Of a stretch of 64,000 nt of DNA, positions 9,743 to 19,296 are shown piece by piece. The notes beneath the pieces are model-generated. The model searched no databases, was not told the origin of the DNA, and saw nothing but the letters and a program-made list of their open reading frames with translations. Each line of letters opens with the position of its first letter. Positions within the stretch are counted from its first letter, which is position 1. The position numbers and the translations under genes are program-made. This stretch comes from Candidatus Omnitrophota bacterium (lineage in GTDB: Bacteria > Ratteibacteria > UBA8468 > MWAK01): NCBI GenBank assembly GCA_043826355.1, contig JBDRQI010000004.1, positions 1 to 64,000 on the forward strand, read 5' to 3'.

Positions 9743-11059
9743 ATGGCAAATTTATCCCCGTTTCGTGACAGCCTTAAGATTCCGGACCTCCGTAAGAAAA
9801 TCCTGATCGTGTTAGGGTTATTATGTGTCTACCGGTTTGGTTGTTACATACCGGTTCCCGGCATTGACGGTCAGGCGCTCTCTCAATTTTTTAACCAGGT
9901 ACAGGGGACGCTTTTTGGCGTGGCTGACCTTTTTACCGGGGGTGCGCTTTCCCAGGCGACCATCTTTGCTCTTGGCATCATGCCCTACATTTCCGTTTCC
10001 ATCGTCCTGGAACTTTTAACTACGATGGTGCCGGCCCTGGAGCAGATGGTCAAGAGCGGCGCGGAAGGCCGGCGCCGGCTTACCCAGTTGACCCGTCAAC
10101 TAACGGTGATTTTATGTCTTTTCCAGGGTATGATGGTCAGTCTCTGGCTGGAAAACCCGGCCAGTTTCGGCGGGGTTAAAATGGTTGCCGAACCCGGCTG
10201 GGCATTTCGAATTATTTCCACCCTCACTTTAACCGCCGGCACAATTTTTTTAATGTGGCTGGGAGAGCAGATTACGGAGAAGGGCATTGGCAACGGAATT
10301 TCCCTGATTATCAGTCTCGGTATCATCTCCCGTTATCCGACCGCGGTTAAACAGGTGTTTGGATTGGCGCAACAAGGAATGCTTTCCGGTTTAAGCATTA
10401 TTCTGATGCTTATTTTAATCATAGTGGTGGTTGGCGCCACCATCCTTTTGCTGGAAGGAGAACGCCGCATTTCGGTCCAGTATGCCCGCAGGGTTGTAGG
10501 CCGGAAACAGTACGGCGGACAGAATACCTATCTTCCGGTCAAGATTAACCAGGGCGGTGTCATCCCGCTTATTTTTGCGGTTTCCATCCTGATGTTTCCG
10601 GCCACCATCCTGCGTTTTTACAAGGGCGCTTTCGCTGTCAAGCTTACCAGCCTGCTGGACCAGGGCGGATTATTGTATATCATTCTTTACGCGGCCCTGA
10701 CAATCTTCTTCTGTTATTTCTACGCCGCAGTCAGTTTTAAACCGGAAAAGGTGGCCGATGACCTCCGTAAATACGGCGGTTTTGTTGCCGGCATCAGACC
10801 CGGCCGCGCCACCACTGAATACCTGGAAAAGATTTTGCTTTTCGTGACCCTGCCCGGCGCGGTTTTTCTGGTTACGATCGCTCTTTTCCCCCAATTGATC
10901 GCGCGCGTCTTCAAGATTCCGTATCTGGTCAGCAGTCTTTTTGGTGGAATCGGCCTGCTGATTGTGGTGGCGGTGCTGATTGAAACGATGCGCCAGATCG
11001 AGGCGCATCTTTTAATGCGCCACTATGAGGGATTTTTGAAGAAGGCCCGTATCCGATAA
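9743..11059 (+). CDS. secY: Preprotein translocase subunit SecY
   Basis: IFALGIMPYIS, WLGEQITEKGIGNGISL, GIRPG; multiple TM segments. Confidence 0.98.
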   Translation: MANLSPFRDSLKIPDLRKKILIVLGLLCVYRFGCYIPVPGIDGQALSQFFNQVQGTLFGVADLFTGGALSQATIFALGIMPYISVSIVLELLTTMVPALEQMVKSGAEGRRRLTQLTRQLTVILCLFQGMMVSLWLENPASFGGVKMVAEPGWAFRIISTLTLTAGTIFLMWLGEQITEKGIGNGISLIISLGIISRYPTAVKQVFGLAQQGMLSGLSIILMLILIIVVVGATILLLEGERRISVQYARRVVGRKQYGGQNTYLPVKINQGGVIPLIFAVSILMFPATILRFYKGAFAVKLTSLLDQGGLLYIILYAALTIFFCYFYAAVSFKPEKVADDLRKYGGFVAGIRPGRATTEYLEKILLFVTLPGAVFLVTIALFPQLIARVFKIPYLVSSLFGGIGLLIVVAVLIETMRQIEAHLLMRHYEGFLKKARIR

Positions 11060-11077
11060 ACAACAAAAGGGAGTGTT

Positions 11078-11731
11078 CTGAAAAATAGAGCGGTGGTTTT
11101 TTTCGGCCCGCCCGGTGTGGGTAAAGGCACCGTGGCAACCCGGCTGGCGAAGGAGTTTGGATGCCGGACTGTTTCTTCCGGTGACCTCCTGAGAGAGAAC
11201 GTGAAAGGCGGGACGGATTTAGGCAGCCAGGCGAAAAAGTTTATGGATTCGGGCGGCCTGGTCCCCGACCAGTTGGTTACCCGGATGGTGTTGGCCGGTC
11301 TAGACAAGGAAAACGGCTGCGTTTTTTTAGACGGTTTTCCGCGGACCATTGTTCAGGCGGAAGAGTTGGCCGCATACCTGAAAAAAAGAGATTGGGAACT
11401 TCTGGTAATTAACCTGGAAGCGGATGACCGGTTTCTGGCAGAGCGTCTTACCGGCCGGTTTATCTGTAGGGGATGCGGAACCATCTACCACCGGATTAAT
11501 CTGGCGCCGAAAAAAGAAGGTGTCTGCGATCTCTGCGGCGGAGGTCTTTACCAGCGGGCGGATGACCAGCCGGACGTCGTTGCCGCAAGACTTTCGGTTT
11601 ATCATCAGCAGTCGGCGCCGTTGCGGGACTATTATCAGAAACTGGGCTTGATGGTGACGCTGCGCGGAGACACTCTTTTGGATGAAACGCTTGTTGCCGT
11701 GCGCAAGATTTTGGAATCAGCCGTAAAGTAA
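11078..11731 (+). CDS. adk: Adenylate kinase (probable CTG start at 11078; GTG at 11093 is the alternative)
   Basis: GPPGVGKGT P-loop, LDGFPRT, Zn-lid CxxC..CxxC, QRADD. Confidence 0.95.
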   Translation: MKNRAVVFFGPPGVGKGTVATRLAKEFGCRTVSSGDLLRENVKGGTDLGSQAKKFMDSGGLVPDQLVTRMVLAGLDKENGCVFLDGFPRTIVQAEELAAYLKKRDWELLVINLEADDRFLAERLTGRFICRGCGTIYHRINLAPKKEGVCDLCGGGLYQRADDQPDVVAARLSVYHQQSAPLRDYYQKLGLMVTLRGDTLLDETLVAVRKILESAVK

Positions 11732-11794
11732 GACAGGAAATGGTACTGTTTGCAGGGAAGGGAGGTCACACTTCTTGTCATTTTTAACTTGGGA

Positions 11795-12541
11795 GTGCAC
11801 GTGCGGCATCAGGCCAAACTGTTAAGAATGAAGGAAGCCGGCCGTATTGTCGGTTTGACCCGTCAGTATCTTGCACAATTAATTGTACCAGGCGTTGAAA
11901 CCGGCGAGTTGGATAAACGAGCCGGGGAGTTTATTGAGAAAGAAGGCGGCCGGGCCGCCTTTAAAGGATATTGCGGTTTTCCCGCATCAATCTGTGTTTC
12001 ACCCGATGAAGTTGTGATTCATGGAATTCCCGGGAAAAGACGGCTTATAGAAGGTGACATTGTCAGTATTGATTTAGGCGTAGAGAAGGACGGTTTTTTC
12101 GCCGACGGCGCCGCAACTTTTCCGGTCGGTGCGGTTTCCGCAGAGAAAGAAAGATTGATTACGGTAACCCGGGCATCCCTTTTGGCGGCGCTTGGGAGGA
12201 TAAGATCCGGGTTGTTCGTAGACGATATCAGTTCCGTGATTGAAAATTTAGTTAAGAACGCCGGTTTCTCAGTGGTTAAATCTTTCTGCGGGCACGGCAT
12301 TGGCCGTCGGCTGCACCAGCCTCCGGAAGTACCGAATTTTGTAAGCGGGAACGTTTTTCGTTTATACCCCGGACTTGGCTTAGCAATCGAACCTATGGTA
12401 AACTATAGGGGAGGAGAGGTGAAAATTCTGTCTGACGGCTGGACGGTGGTAACTGCCGACGGAAGCCCCTCCGCCCATTTTGAGGAAACGGTGGTTGTAC
12501 TGAAAGATGGTTGTGAGGTCGTGACCCAAGGGGATTATTAA
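11795..12541 (+). CDS. map: Methionine aminopeptidase type I (start uncertain, GTG 11795 or 11801)
   Basis: HGIP, GDIVSIDLG, GHGIG, AIEPM, SAHFEETV. Confidence 0.95.
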   Translation: MHVRHQAKLLRMKEAGRIVGLTRQYLAQLIVPGVETGELDKRAGEFIEKEGGRAAFKGYCGFPASICVSPDEVVIHGIPGKRRLIEGDIVSIDLGVEKDGFFADGAATFPVGAVSAEKERLITVTRASLLAALGRIRSGLFVDDISSVIENLVKNAGFSVVKSFCGHGIGRRLHQPPEVPNFVSGNVFRLYPGLGLAIEPMVNYRGGEVKILSDGWTVVTADGSPSAHFEETVVVLKDGCEVVTQGDY

Positions 12542-12641
12542 ATAATAAAATGGCCTATTTGCCAGAGGTGATTTTGGAGCGCGACAAGAAGCGAAGAAGC
12601 TTGCGTACCCATTGCGGTACGGAAGCTTAGCAACACCTAAC

Positions 12642-12857
12642 ATGAAGAAGGAGAATAAACTAAAAGTTGAGGGCGTTGTTTTAATGGCTTTGCCTAATGC
12701 CAACTTTAAGGTTAAATTGAAAAACGGTCATGAAATTTTAGCCCACGTCAGCGGTAAAATGCGAATGCATTATATCAAAATTTTGCCGAGCGATAAAGTG
12801 ATTATGGAAATCAGCCCTTATGATTTAACGAAAGGCAGAATCATTCAACGGCAATAA
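12642..12857 (+). CDS. infA: Translation initiation factor IF-1
   Basis: [36 protein letters not shown] 12642 chosen as start. Confidence 0.97.
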   Translation: MKKENKLKVEGVVLMALPNANFKVKLKNGHEILAHVSGKMRMHYIKILPSDKVIMEISPYDLTKGRIIQRQ

Positions 12858-12864
12858 AAACATT

Positions 12865-12990
12865 ATGAAAGTACGAGCCTCGGTAAAAAAAATTTGTTCC
12901 CAGTGCCAGATTGTCCGGCGGGACGGAAAAATCCGGGTTATCTGTAAAAATCCCCGGAAGGGACCAAAACACAAACAGGTTCAGGGATAG
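12865..12990 (+). CDS. rpmJ: 50S ribosomal protein L36 (not in ORF track)
   Basis: Manual translation [41 protein letters not shown]. Confidence 0.96.
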   Translation: MKVRASVKKICSQCQIVRRDGKIRVICKNPRKGPKHKQVQG

Positions 12991-13007
12991 TTTTTAAACT
13001 ACAAAAT

Positions 13008-13427
13008 ATGGCCAGAATAATCGGTGTGGAGATTCCAAACGCCAAACGCGTAGAGGCAGGGCTTACCTATATTTACGGCATTGGCGTGAACTTAGCCCGG
13101 CGATTGTTGAAAGAGACTAATATTGATGCGGACATCAGGGTAAAAGACCTTACGGAAGACCACATTAATCGTCTGACAATGGCGATTCAGCGCAGTTACC
13201 GGGTTGAAGGCGACCTGCGCCGCGAAGAAACGGCAAATACGAAACGCCTGATTGAAATTGGTTGTTACCGCGGGGTCCGGCACAAGAGAAGTTTACCGGT
13301 CCGGGGGCAAAGGACGCACACCAACGCCCGGACGCGCAAGGGTCCCCGAAAGACGGTTTCGACCATTCGCAGCAAGGATAAACGGAGCGCAATAAAATCC
13401 AAAGGACCAGAAACCAAGAAGAAATAA
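13008..13427 (+). CDS. rpsM: 30S ribosomal protein S13
   Basis: [31 protein letters not shown]. Confidence 0.98.
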   Translation: MARIIGVEIPNAKRVEAGLTYIYGIGVNLARRLLKETNIDADIRVKDLTEDHINRLTMAIQRSYRVEGDLRREETANTKRLIEIGCYRGVRHKRSLPVRGQRTHTNARTRKGPRKTVSTIRSKDKRSAIKSKGPETKKK

Positions 13428-13442
13428 AAAGGGTAAAAGCGA

Positions 13443-13829
13443 ATGGGAAAAAAGTACGAAAAGAAGAAGAAAAAGAGTACCGCCCCTTCCGGGGGTGTTG
13501 CCCACGTGAAGGCAACGTTTAACAATACTTTTGTCACGATAACCGATGATAAAGGCAACGTTCTGGTTCAGGCAAGCAGCGGCCAGGTTGGTTTTAAGGG
13601 TACCCGCAAGGGGACGCCGTATGCCGCCGGCCTGGTTGCCCGGGAAGTGGCGCGTCGCGCCCAGGATCTTGGGGTCAGGGAAGTGGAGGTGCGGGTAAAA
13701 GGACCGGGCCCGGGCCGGGAGACGGCTATCCGTTCCCTTCAGTCAGCCGGACTGATGGTAACCCAGATTCACGATATGTCTCCGATTCCCCATAACGGCT
13801 GCCGGCCGCCCAAGGAACGCCGGGTCTAA
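13443..13829 (+). CDS. rpsK: 30S ribosomal protein S11
   Basis: [24 protein letters not shown]. Confidence 0.98.
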   Translation: MGKKYEKKKKKSTAPSGGVAHVKATFNNTFVTITDDKGNVLVQASSGQVGFKGTRKGTPYAAGLVAREVARRAQDLGVREVEVRVKGPGPGRETAIRSLQSAGLMVTQIHDMSPIPHNGCRPPKERRV

Positions 13830-13867
13830 AAACACAACAGGACAGGCGTCCCGTCTGTCAAAACACC

Positions 13868-14494
13868 ATGAAAACAAGAGCGCCAGTTTGTAAAATCTGT
13901 CGTCGCGAAGACACAAAATTATTTCTGAAAGGGCAGCGGTGCGTAACGGCAAAATGCGCTGTGGATAAAGGACGGCCGGCACCCTCCGGAAACAGCAGGT
14001 ATTCCAGTCCAAACTCCACCTATCGTCTCCAGCTAAGAGAAAAGGAAAAAGCCCGTTCTTTCTACGGCGTTTTGGAAAGACAATTTCGGCGTTATTTTGT
14101 CATGGCTCAGAAAAGCGGCCAGGCTCCCGGCGAAAAACTGCTTATTTTTCTGGAACGGCGCCTGGATAACGCTTTGGTTATTTCCGGCCTGTTGCCTTCC
14201 AGACGTTTTGCCCGCCAGTTGATCGGCAGCGGCCACATTCGGGTGAACGGCCGCCGTATGAGCATACCGTCTTATCTGGTTGCTAATGGCGACGAAGTGG
14301 ATTTCAGGTCCGGTTCCCGGGTTTTACCGAAATTAAAGGAAACAATACTGGCCGGCGGTGTGGTAAAGCAATGCCCGGCCTGGCTGAATCTGGATAAGGA
14401 AGCGGTCAAAATTAAAGTTCTGCGGGAACCCTCGAGGAGCGAAATCTCTGTCCCGGTGGAGGAGGGTCATATTGTTAACCTTTACTCACGGTAG
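13868..14494 (+). CDS. rpsD: 30S ribosomal protein S4
   Basis: CKICRRE, QLREKEK, LERRLDN, ARQLI. Confidence 0.97.
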   Translation: MKTRAPVCKICRREDTKLFLKGQRCVTAKCAVDKGRPAPSGNSRYSSPNSTYRLQLREKEKARSFYGVLERQFRRYFVMAQKSGQAPGEKLLIFLERRLDNALVISGLLPSRRFARQLIGSGHIRVNGRRMSIPSYLVANGDEVDFRSGSRVLPKLKETILAGGVVKQCPAWLNLDKEAVKIKVLREPSRSEISVPVEEGHIVNLYSR

Positions 14495-14543
14495 TAAAAA
14501 TGTATAGTGCGACCCTTTCAGGGTTGCCCAATTGAGGCTGATT

Positions 14544-15419
14544 ATGGAGCAATTTAAATACCCGAAGAAGATAGATTGGGAGAATGATACCTACCGGCCG
14601 ACTTACGGTAAGGTTGTCGTAGAACCGCTGGAGCGCGGTTTTGCCGTTACGGTTGGAAATTGCCTTCGCCGTGTTCTGCTTTCGGCAATTCCCGGCGTGG
14701 CGATTACCAGCGTTAAGATTGATGGTGTCGCCCATGAATTCTCGACAATCCCCGGAGTAAAAGAGGACAGTACTGATGTTGTCCTGAACCTGAAGCAGGT
14801 GAACCTTAAAGCCAACATCACCGGTCTTCCCAAAAAATTTTTCGTGAAGATTGAAAAAAAGACGGAACTTCTTGCCGGTGATTTATTTGCCGATTCGGAA
14901 ATTAGCGTAGAGAATCCAAAATTACATATTGCCACCCTTTCCGAAGGCGCTACGCTTAAGATGGAGTTGACGGTCAGCCCGGGGTTCGGTTACGTACCGG
15001 TCGGGCGGATATCTGAGGAAGGGGTACCCATTACGGCTATCCCTCTGGCCGCTTCGTTCGGCCCGATTACCCGGGTGTCCTATCGTATTGAGAATACGCG
15101 GGTAGGGCAACGGGTTGACTATGAAAGACTGTTGTTAGAAATTTGGACAACCGGTGCTATTACACCGAAAGAAGCGGTAAAATATGCTACCAGGATTTTG
15201 AACAAGCACTTTAACCTGATCGCCGGTGAAGAGACCGAAGAAATAAAGACAGTGCAAGAATCTTTGGTGAAGGCCGGTTCACCGGAAAAATCTTCAACCA
15301 AAAAACCTTCGGTAAAGACCGGTTTTATAAAAAAACTTTCAGCCAAGAAAAATTCTCCCCCCAAAAAAACAAAGAGGGAATTAAAGAAAAATGCGACATC
15401 ATCGAAAAAAAAGGGTTAA
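14544..15419 (+). CDS. rpoA: RNA polymerase alpha subunit, N-terminal domain plus a Lys-rich tail (no recognisable alpha-CTD)
   Basis: EPLERGFAVTVGNCLRRVLLS, HEFSTIPGVKED, TRVGQRVDYERLLLEIWT; position between rpsD and rplQ. Confidence 0.96.
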   Translation: MEQFKYPKKIDWENDTYRPTYGKVVVEPLERGFAVTVGNCLRRVLLSAIPGVAITSVKIDGVAHEFSTIPGVKEDSTDVVLNLKQVNLKANITGLPKKFFVKIEKKTELLAGDLFADSEISVENPKLHIATLSEGATLKMELTVSPGFGYVPVGRISEEGVPITAIPLAASFGPITRVSYRIENTRVGQRVDYERLLLEIWTTGAITPKEAVKYATRILNKHFNLIAGEETEEIKTVQESLVKAGSPEKSSTKKPSVKTGFIKKLSAKKNSPPKKTKRELKKNATSSKKKG

Positions 15420-15741
15420 CTTAAATCGCGGCCGCCGGGCCGGAGTTTTCAATTCTTTGCTTAAAGGGTTGATTATTCATGGAAAAGTTAAGGCTTCTAC
15501 GGCCCGCATCAAACAGGTCCAGGTTCTGGCGGAAAAGATAGTTACCATGGCCAAGGAAGATTCGGTGGCCAGCCGGCGCCGGATCTTTGCCTGCCTGCAG
15601 GATGAAACCATGGTGAAGAAATTGATGTCGGAAATTGTCCCGCGCTACCAGGGTCGCAACGGAGGCTATACCCGGTTTTTTAAACTTGGTCCCCGCGCGG
15701 GCGACGGGTGTGAACTTTCCCAGCTAACCTTCCTGCCTTAA
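15391..15741 (+). CDS. rplQ: 50S ribosomal protein L17
   Basis: MRH start, RNGGYTR, GPRAGD. Confidence 0.95.
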   Translation: MRHHRKKRVNLNRGRRAGVFNSLLKGLIIHGKVKASTARIKQVQVLAEKIVTMAKEDSVASRRRIFACLQDETMVKKLMSEIVPRYQGRNGGYTRFFKLGPRAGDGCELSQLTFLP

Positions 15742-15812
15742 AGACGGTAAATAGTGAACGGTGAACGGTAACAACCGATTACCGCCATGTTGCTGTTGAT
15801 AATCAGTAGGAC

Positions 15813-17192
15813 ATGACCCGAGAAAAAATCATTGATTTCCTGAGAGAGCATAACCAGCACCATATTCTTCAACATTACCGGCGTCTTAGTCCGGACAAAC
15901 AGAACCGTTTCCAGGAAAATCTGGAGGGGTTGGATCTGCCGCTGGTTTTTAAACTTCACCGGGAATTTTCCGGAGCAGAAACTGCTGTACGTCTTCCGCG
16001 TGATATTCAGCCGGCCCCAATTATTACCATACCCCGAACACCATCCGAAACGGTCTTTCAGGAAAAAGCTCGTGTTGAAGGGGGGGCGCTCCTCCGGGAA
16101 AACAGGGTTGCTGTTCTGGTTGTAGCCGGCGGCCAGGGTTCCCGGCTCGGTTTTGAAGGCCCCAAGGGCATTTTCCCTGTTTCTCCGGTCAAAAATAAAT
16201 CCCTGTTCCAGTTATTTTCCGAAACCGTTGTGGCTTTAAACCGCCGTTACCGGGCCGCCATTCCCCTGCTGATTATGACCAGCAAGGAAAACGACCGGCC
16301 GGTCAAAGATTTTTTTCGGGCGAACCATTTTTTTGGATTGAATTCCGGTACGGTCTTCTTTTTTACGCAGGAGATGCTGCCTACCATTACCGCGGACGGC
16401 AACCTGATATTGAAGGACGAAGTCCATCTTTTGGAAAATCCGGGCGGACACGGCAGTTCCCTCAAGGCGCTTTACAAATCCGGACTTCTTTCCGAATTAA
16501 TTCAAAATGGTTTTTCCGACCTTTTTTACTGCCAGGTTGATAATCCGCTGGTGAAGATAGCCGAACCGGTTTTTTTGGGTTACCACCGGATGGCGGAATC
16601 TGAATTCTCACTCAAGGTTTTACGGCGCCGGAACGCGGCGGAAAAGATTGGCGTTTACGCGCTTCTGGACGGAAAATCAGGCGTAATTGAATACAGTGAT
16701 CTGGCGTTGGGGAACGAGTGCCTGACAGAAGCAGGGGGCACGCGTTTTTGGGCCGGGAACGTAGCAATCCATATTATTTCCCTGTCATTTGTGGAACGTT
16801 TGAACCGGCAGGGATTCAGCCTGCCTTATCACCGGGCGGTTAAGATTATGGAAGCGCCGGGTCCGGGTGGAGGGACGAAAAAGACAACGGTCTGGAAGTT
16901 TGAAACGTTCGTATTTGATGGTCTGCCGCTGGCAGACAGGACCTGCTGCGTGGAGACGCTCCGGGAGGAAGAGTTTGCTCCGGTCAAGAACAGGCGGGGC
17001 GAAGATTCGGCTGAGGCCGCTGCCAAAGCCTTATCCGACAGGTCTCGGCGATGGTTGATTGAAACCGGAAGCGCAGTGGCATCGGGTGTGTCGGTTGAAA
17101 TAAGCCCTGGTTTTGCTCTGAATCAAGCGGAACTCGTCTCAAAATTAAAAGGGAAGCCCCTGGTAATCAAAAAAGACACCTGCCTGGAATAA
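15813..17192 (+). CDS. UDP-N-acetylhexosamine/UDP-sugar pyrophosphorylase, UDPGP type 1 family
   Basis: AGGQGSRLGFEGPKG, QVDNPL, IEYSD, KFETFVFD, EEFAPVKN. Confidence 0.88.
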   Translation: MTREKIIDFLREHNQHHILQHYRRLSPDKQNRFQENLEGLDLPLVFKLHREFSGAETAVRLPRDIQPAPIITIPRTPSETVFQEKARVEGGALLRENRVAVLVVAGGQGSRLGFEGPKGIFPVSPVKNKSLFQLFSETVVALNRRYRAAIPLLIMTSKENDRPVKDFFRANHFFGLNSGTVFFFTQEMLPTITADGNLILKDEVHLLENPGGHGSSLKALYKSGLLSELIQNGFSDLFYCQVDNPLVKIAEPVFLGYHRMAESEFSLKVLRRRNAAEKIGVYALLDGKSGVIEYSDLALGNECLTEAGGTRFWAGNVAIHIISLSFVERLNRQGFSLPYHRAVKIMEAPGPGGGTKKTTVWKFETFVFDGLPLADRTCCVETLREEEFAPVKNRRGEDSAEAAAKALSDRSRRWLIETGSAVASGVSVEISPGFALNQAELVSKLKGKPLVIKKDTCLE

Positions 17193-17288
17193 ACGGCTCT
17201 TCTTATGTTATTTTGACTTAACCCCTCTTTTCTTGGTAAAATAACAGCGTTTCGAAAATATTTTGCATTCAAACCGGAGAAATAAAAA

Positions 17289-17897
17289 ATGGATATCAGG
17301 TGGTACTTATCGTTTAAGATGACCGGCTGGTTTTGCGGCGGCCTCCTCATTGTTTTGGCCCTTCTTTCCATCATTTCCTGGTCACTCATTTTTCGGAAAA
17401 TGGCTGATTTTCGCCGGGCGCGCCGTGCCAACGCCCGTTTTCGTTCCATGGCTGAGACGGAAATACCGGGGGAATACGCCGGATTTTTGGCTTCTTCAAG
17501 TTTTTATCTGATTTTCCATAGAGTAAATAAATTTCCGGTAGGAAACGAGCGGGATCTGGAAAGGCTTGAGGAGGAGATTAAGGTTGAACTAAACGAATAT
17601 TTCGAAAACCTGAACAGCGGTCTGCCCATTCTCGGCAGTATTACCGGTGTAGCGCCTTTTATCGGCCTCTTAGGCACGGTCTGGGGTATCATGGTCATCT
17701 TTTCCCGGATGTATTCACAGGTAGCCGGTGTTTCAGAGATGGTGGCGCCGGGCGTGGCCCAGGCGCTGATAACCACCATCGCCGGATTGATCGTGGCTAT
17801 TCCCGCGCTTTTTTTCTATAACTATTTTGTAATGATTTCGCGAAGTCTTTCCGGCGAAGCGGAAAATTACGCAAGCCGGCTTATCTCTCGGAAATGA
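17289..17897 (+). CDS. MotA/TolQ/ExbB proton channel protein
   Basis: APFIGLLGTVWGIM, VAPGVAQALITTIAGLIVAIPA. Confidence 0.92.
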   Translation: MDIRWYLSFKMTGWFCGGLLIVLALLSIISWSLIFRKMADFRRARRANARFRSMAETEIPGEYAGFLASSSFYLIFHRVNKFPVGNERDLERLEEEIKVELNEYFENLNSGLPILGSITGVAPFIGLLGTVWGIMVIFSRMYSQVAGVSEMVAPGVAQALITTIAGLIVAIPALFFYNYFVMISRSLSGEAENYASRLISRK

Positions 17898-18310
17898 AAC
17901 GAAATATAAAATTTACGCCTGGCCTGCAGGATCAGATTAACATCACTCCAATGTTGGATATTGCCCTGACTCTGCTGGTTATTTTTGTTATCATCTCTCC
18001 ATTAATCGGGACCGGTATTCCGGTCAAGCTTCCGATTGCTACCGGAGAAAAACTTCCGGTTAGCGCAACCATCCTTTTGACGTTAAACAAGCAGGGAGAG
18101 GTATTTTTAAGCGGCCGGCAGGCAAACCCAATCTTTCTTTCGGTGGACCTTCAGAGCCTGAAAAAGACAGACCCGGATTTAAGAGTTATCATCCAGGCAG
18201 ATAAGGAGGTGTCCTATGAAGCCGTGGTTTCCCTGCTGGATATTGTGCGTCGGGCAGGAATTTCGGCGGTAGGTTTGGCCACTACTTTGAAAACATTAAG
18301 CGGTGAATAG
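17894..18310 (+). CDS. TolR/ExbD family protein
   Basis: INITPMLDIALTLLVIF, IQADKEVSY. Confidence 0.92.
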   Translation: MKRNIKFTPGLQDQINITPMLDIALTLLVIFVIISPLIGTGIPVKLPIATGEKLPVSATILLTLNKQGEVFLSGRQANPIFLSVDLQSLKKTDPDLRVIIQADKEVSYEAVVSLLDIVRRAGISAVGLATTLKTLSGE

Positions 18311-18372
18311 TAAACAACGTGTCAAGGTATCGTGACACTTTGATACTTGATACTCAGTAATCGGTATTACTA

Positions 18373-19122
18373 ATGAAAGCTTATCTTCTTTCCGCATCCT
18401 TCCATCTGCTTTTTGCCTCCCTCCTTTTCTTTCTGGGGGCTTCACCGGGCAAAACGCTACCTCCGGGGAAGATTGACCAGGTCTTTCTGGTAGCGTCAAT
18501 ACCGGCGGTTTCGGTATCTTCCGTGCCAGCAGGGGTGCCATTTACGGCGCCCGTGAACTCGAAGAATCGAACCCCTGCGATTAAGCCTGAGAAGACGATT
18601 GAACCAGTACCGGTAAAACCGGAGGAAAGTCTGGCTGAAAAATTAGCAACCAGGTTGACCGGCGTGACATCCGAGGATTGGAACCACAAAACATCAAGCC
18701 GGAGCGAAACACCCCAGGAAAAAGTCACAACCGCAGCCGAGCCAGGGAAAGAAGTCTCATCCAAACAGACGCAAAATCTGCCTGATCAGGCTTCGGTCTC
18801 AATTGGCGATGGTTCAGCCCGGGTGGAATCGGAGTTGGGTTTTTCAGACGGATGGTATCTTACCCTGCTTTCCCGACGGCTCACTGAACGATGGAATCCA
18901 ACCCGCGAGGGTGTTGCGGTAGTGAAGAGAGAGGTTACCGTCTCCTTTACGATAACCCGTGATGGCCGTATAAAAGGTGTAAGTCTTACCCGCTCTTCCG
19001 GTAATCCAAGGTTTGACCGTTCCGGCTTGACCGCGGTAGTCGAAAGTGATTTCTTACCGCCTCTGCCGGCAAGTTGGGGGAAGAAAGAACTGCAAATTTC
19101 CGTTCATTTCCGGGAGAAGTAG
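18373..19122 (+). CDS. TolA/TonB family protein
   Basis: N-terminal TM with SxxxH, Pro/Glu-rich linker, C-terminal FTITRDG...SSGNPRFD. Confidence 0.85.
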   Translation: MKAYLLSASFHLLFASLLFFLGASPGKTLPPGKIDQVFLVASIPAVSVSSVPAGVPFTAPVNSKNRTPAIKPEKTIEPVPVKPEESLAEKLATRLTGVTSEDWNHKTSSRSETPQEKVTTAAEPGKEVSSKQTQNLPDQASVSIGDGSARVESELGFSDGWYLTLLSRRLTERWNPTREGVAVVKREVTVSFTITRDGRIKGVSLTRSSGNPRFDRSGLTAVVESDFLPPLPASWGKKELQISVHFREK

Positions 19123-19296
19123 GAAATTCAGAAGTACGCAGATATCGTAATTTCTTGAGGGAACGCCATGACATTCCCGCGTGTTTTAGGCGGGAATCTA
19201 TATCTTATAAAGATTGGATTACCGATTTAAGCATTCGGGAATGATATTAATTTTTATCCTGTAATTTCTGCGTACATCTGCGTCCAAACATCATCT

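Noticed and set aside
12550..12640. Hairpin AAGCTT.CGTACC..GGTACG.AAGCTT upstream of infA as a riboswitch
   Set aside because: Single copy in the window with no recognised family motif; more likely a repeat remnant.
17289..19122. tolQRA-like genes without tolB/pal, and dnaJ and clpC without their usual operon partners
   Set aside because: Operon scattering is common and the partners may lie outside the window.
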